From the NCBI RefSeq assembly GCF_018350175.1, contig NC_058373.1, positions 114,950,001-115,014,000 on the forward strand: DNA of 64,000 nt, given 5' to 3'. The position numbers were made by a program, and so were the translations under genes. The notes beneath the pieces were generated by a model. That model was not told the DNA's origin. It saw nothing but the letters and a program-made list of their open reading frames with translations, and did not search any database. This document shows, one piece after another, positions 63,508 to 64,000 of this stretch. Numbering within the stretch: the stretch's first letter is position 1; every line of letters begins with the position of its first letter. The DNA is from Felis catus. Taxonomy: Eukaryota.

Positions 63508-63734
63508 GGGGCGCCTGGGTGGCGCAGTCGGTTAAGCGTCCGACTTCAGCCAGGTCACGATCTCGAGGTCCATGAGTTCGAGCCCCGCGTCAGGCTCTGG
63601 GCTGATGGCTCAGAGCCTGGAGCCTGTTTCCGATTCTGTGTCTCCCTCTCTCTCTGCCCCTCCCCCGTTCATGCTCTGTCTCTGTCCCAAAAATAAATAA
63701 ACGTTGAAAAAATAAATTTTTTTTAATTAAAAAA
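63508..63734 (+). mobile_element. Young SINEC_Fc-like SINE followed by an L1 fragment (~63745-63885)
   Basis: TSD aaaggaaata (63498-63507, 63735-63744). Confidence 0.9.
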
Positions 63735-64000
63735 AAAGGAAATAAAATGAAAAGGCAACCTAAGGAAAGGGGGAAAATGTTTGCAAACCATATATCTGGT
63801 AAGTTAATATCCAAAATATATAAGGAACTCACATAACTCAATATAACCTGATCAGAAAATGGGCAAGGGACTGAAATAGACATAACGGTACTGAGGTAGG
63901 GCTGTTAGTCCAGGTGCCAGCTGAGGTGCTTACATACAATATAAACACACCCTCTGGTGATTTTGAAGGGGCAAAATATATGGTATCATCCCTCAGGGAA

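Noticed and set aside
493..63883. Recurring ORFs such as MAQSVKRPTSAQVMIS... and MRQRETQHE...
   Set aside because: Translations of dispersed CAN SINE copies, not a gene family or CRISPR-like array.

Overview
Mammalian genomic DNA, almost certainly from a cat or other felid: it is dense in carnivore tRNA-derived CAN SINEs, including near-consensus SINEC_Fc-like copies. A CpG-island bidirectional promoter (~6.05-7.25 kb) drives ERH on the minus strand. Only ERH exon 1 (coding part is just the ATG) and the 88-nt exon 2 are in the window; the rest lies left of position 1. The same promoter drives SLC39A9 (ZIP9 zinc transporter) on the plus strand. Its seven coding exons (96+109+195+69+86+135+231 = 921 nt, 306 aa) span 7626-55153, followed by a ~3.7-kb 3' UTR. 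The introns hold about 40 CAN SINEs, L1 fragments, MIR/L2 relics, hAT and mariner fossils, a three-layer LTR nest and an RPL36A processed pseudogene. I found no new multi-gene system. The best leads are regulatory: a recursive-splice-type AG|GTAAG site at the start of in-frame exon 3, a cluster of metal-response-element cores upstream of a zinc transporter, a multi-AUG uORF followed by an AUG-free leader, and a SINE abutting the exon 2 acceptor. There are also several retrotransposition and template-switch signatures. Gene and repeat family names come from recognition by memory, not database searches.
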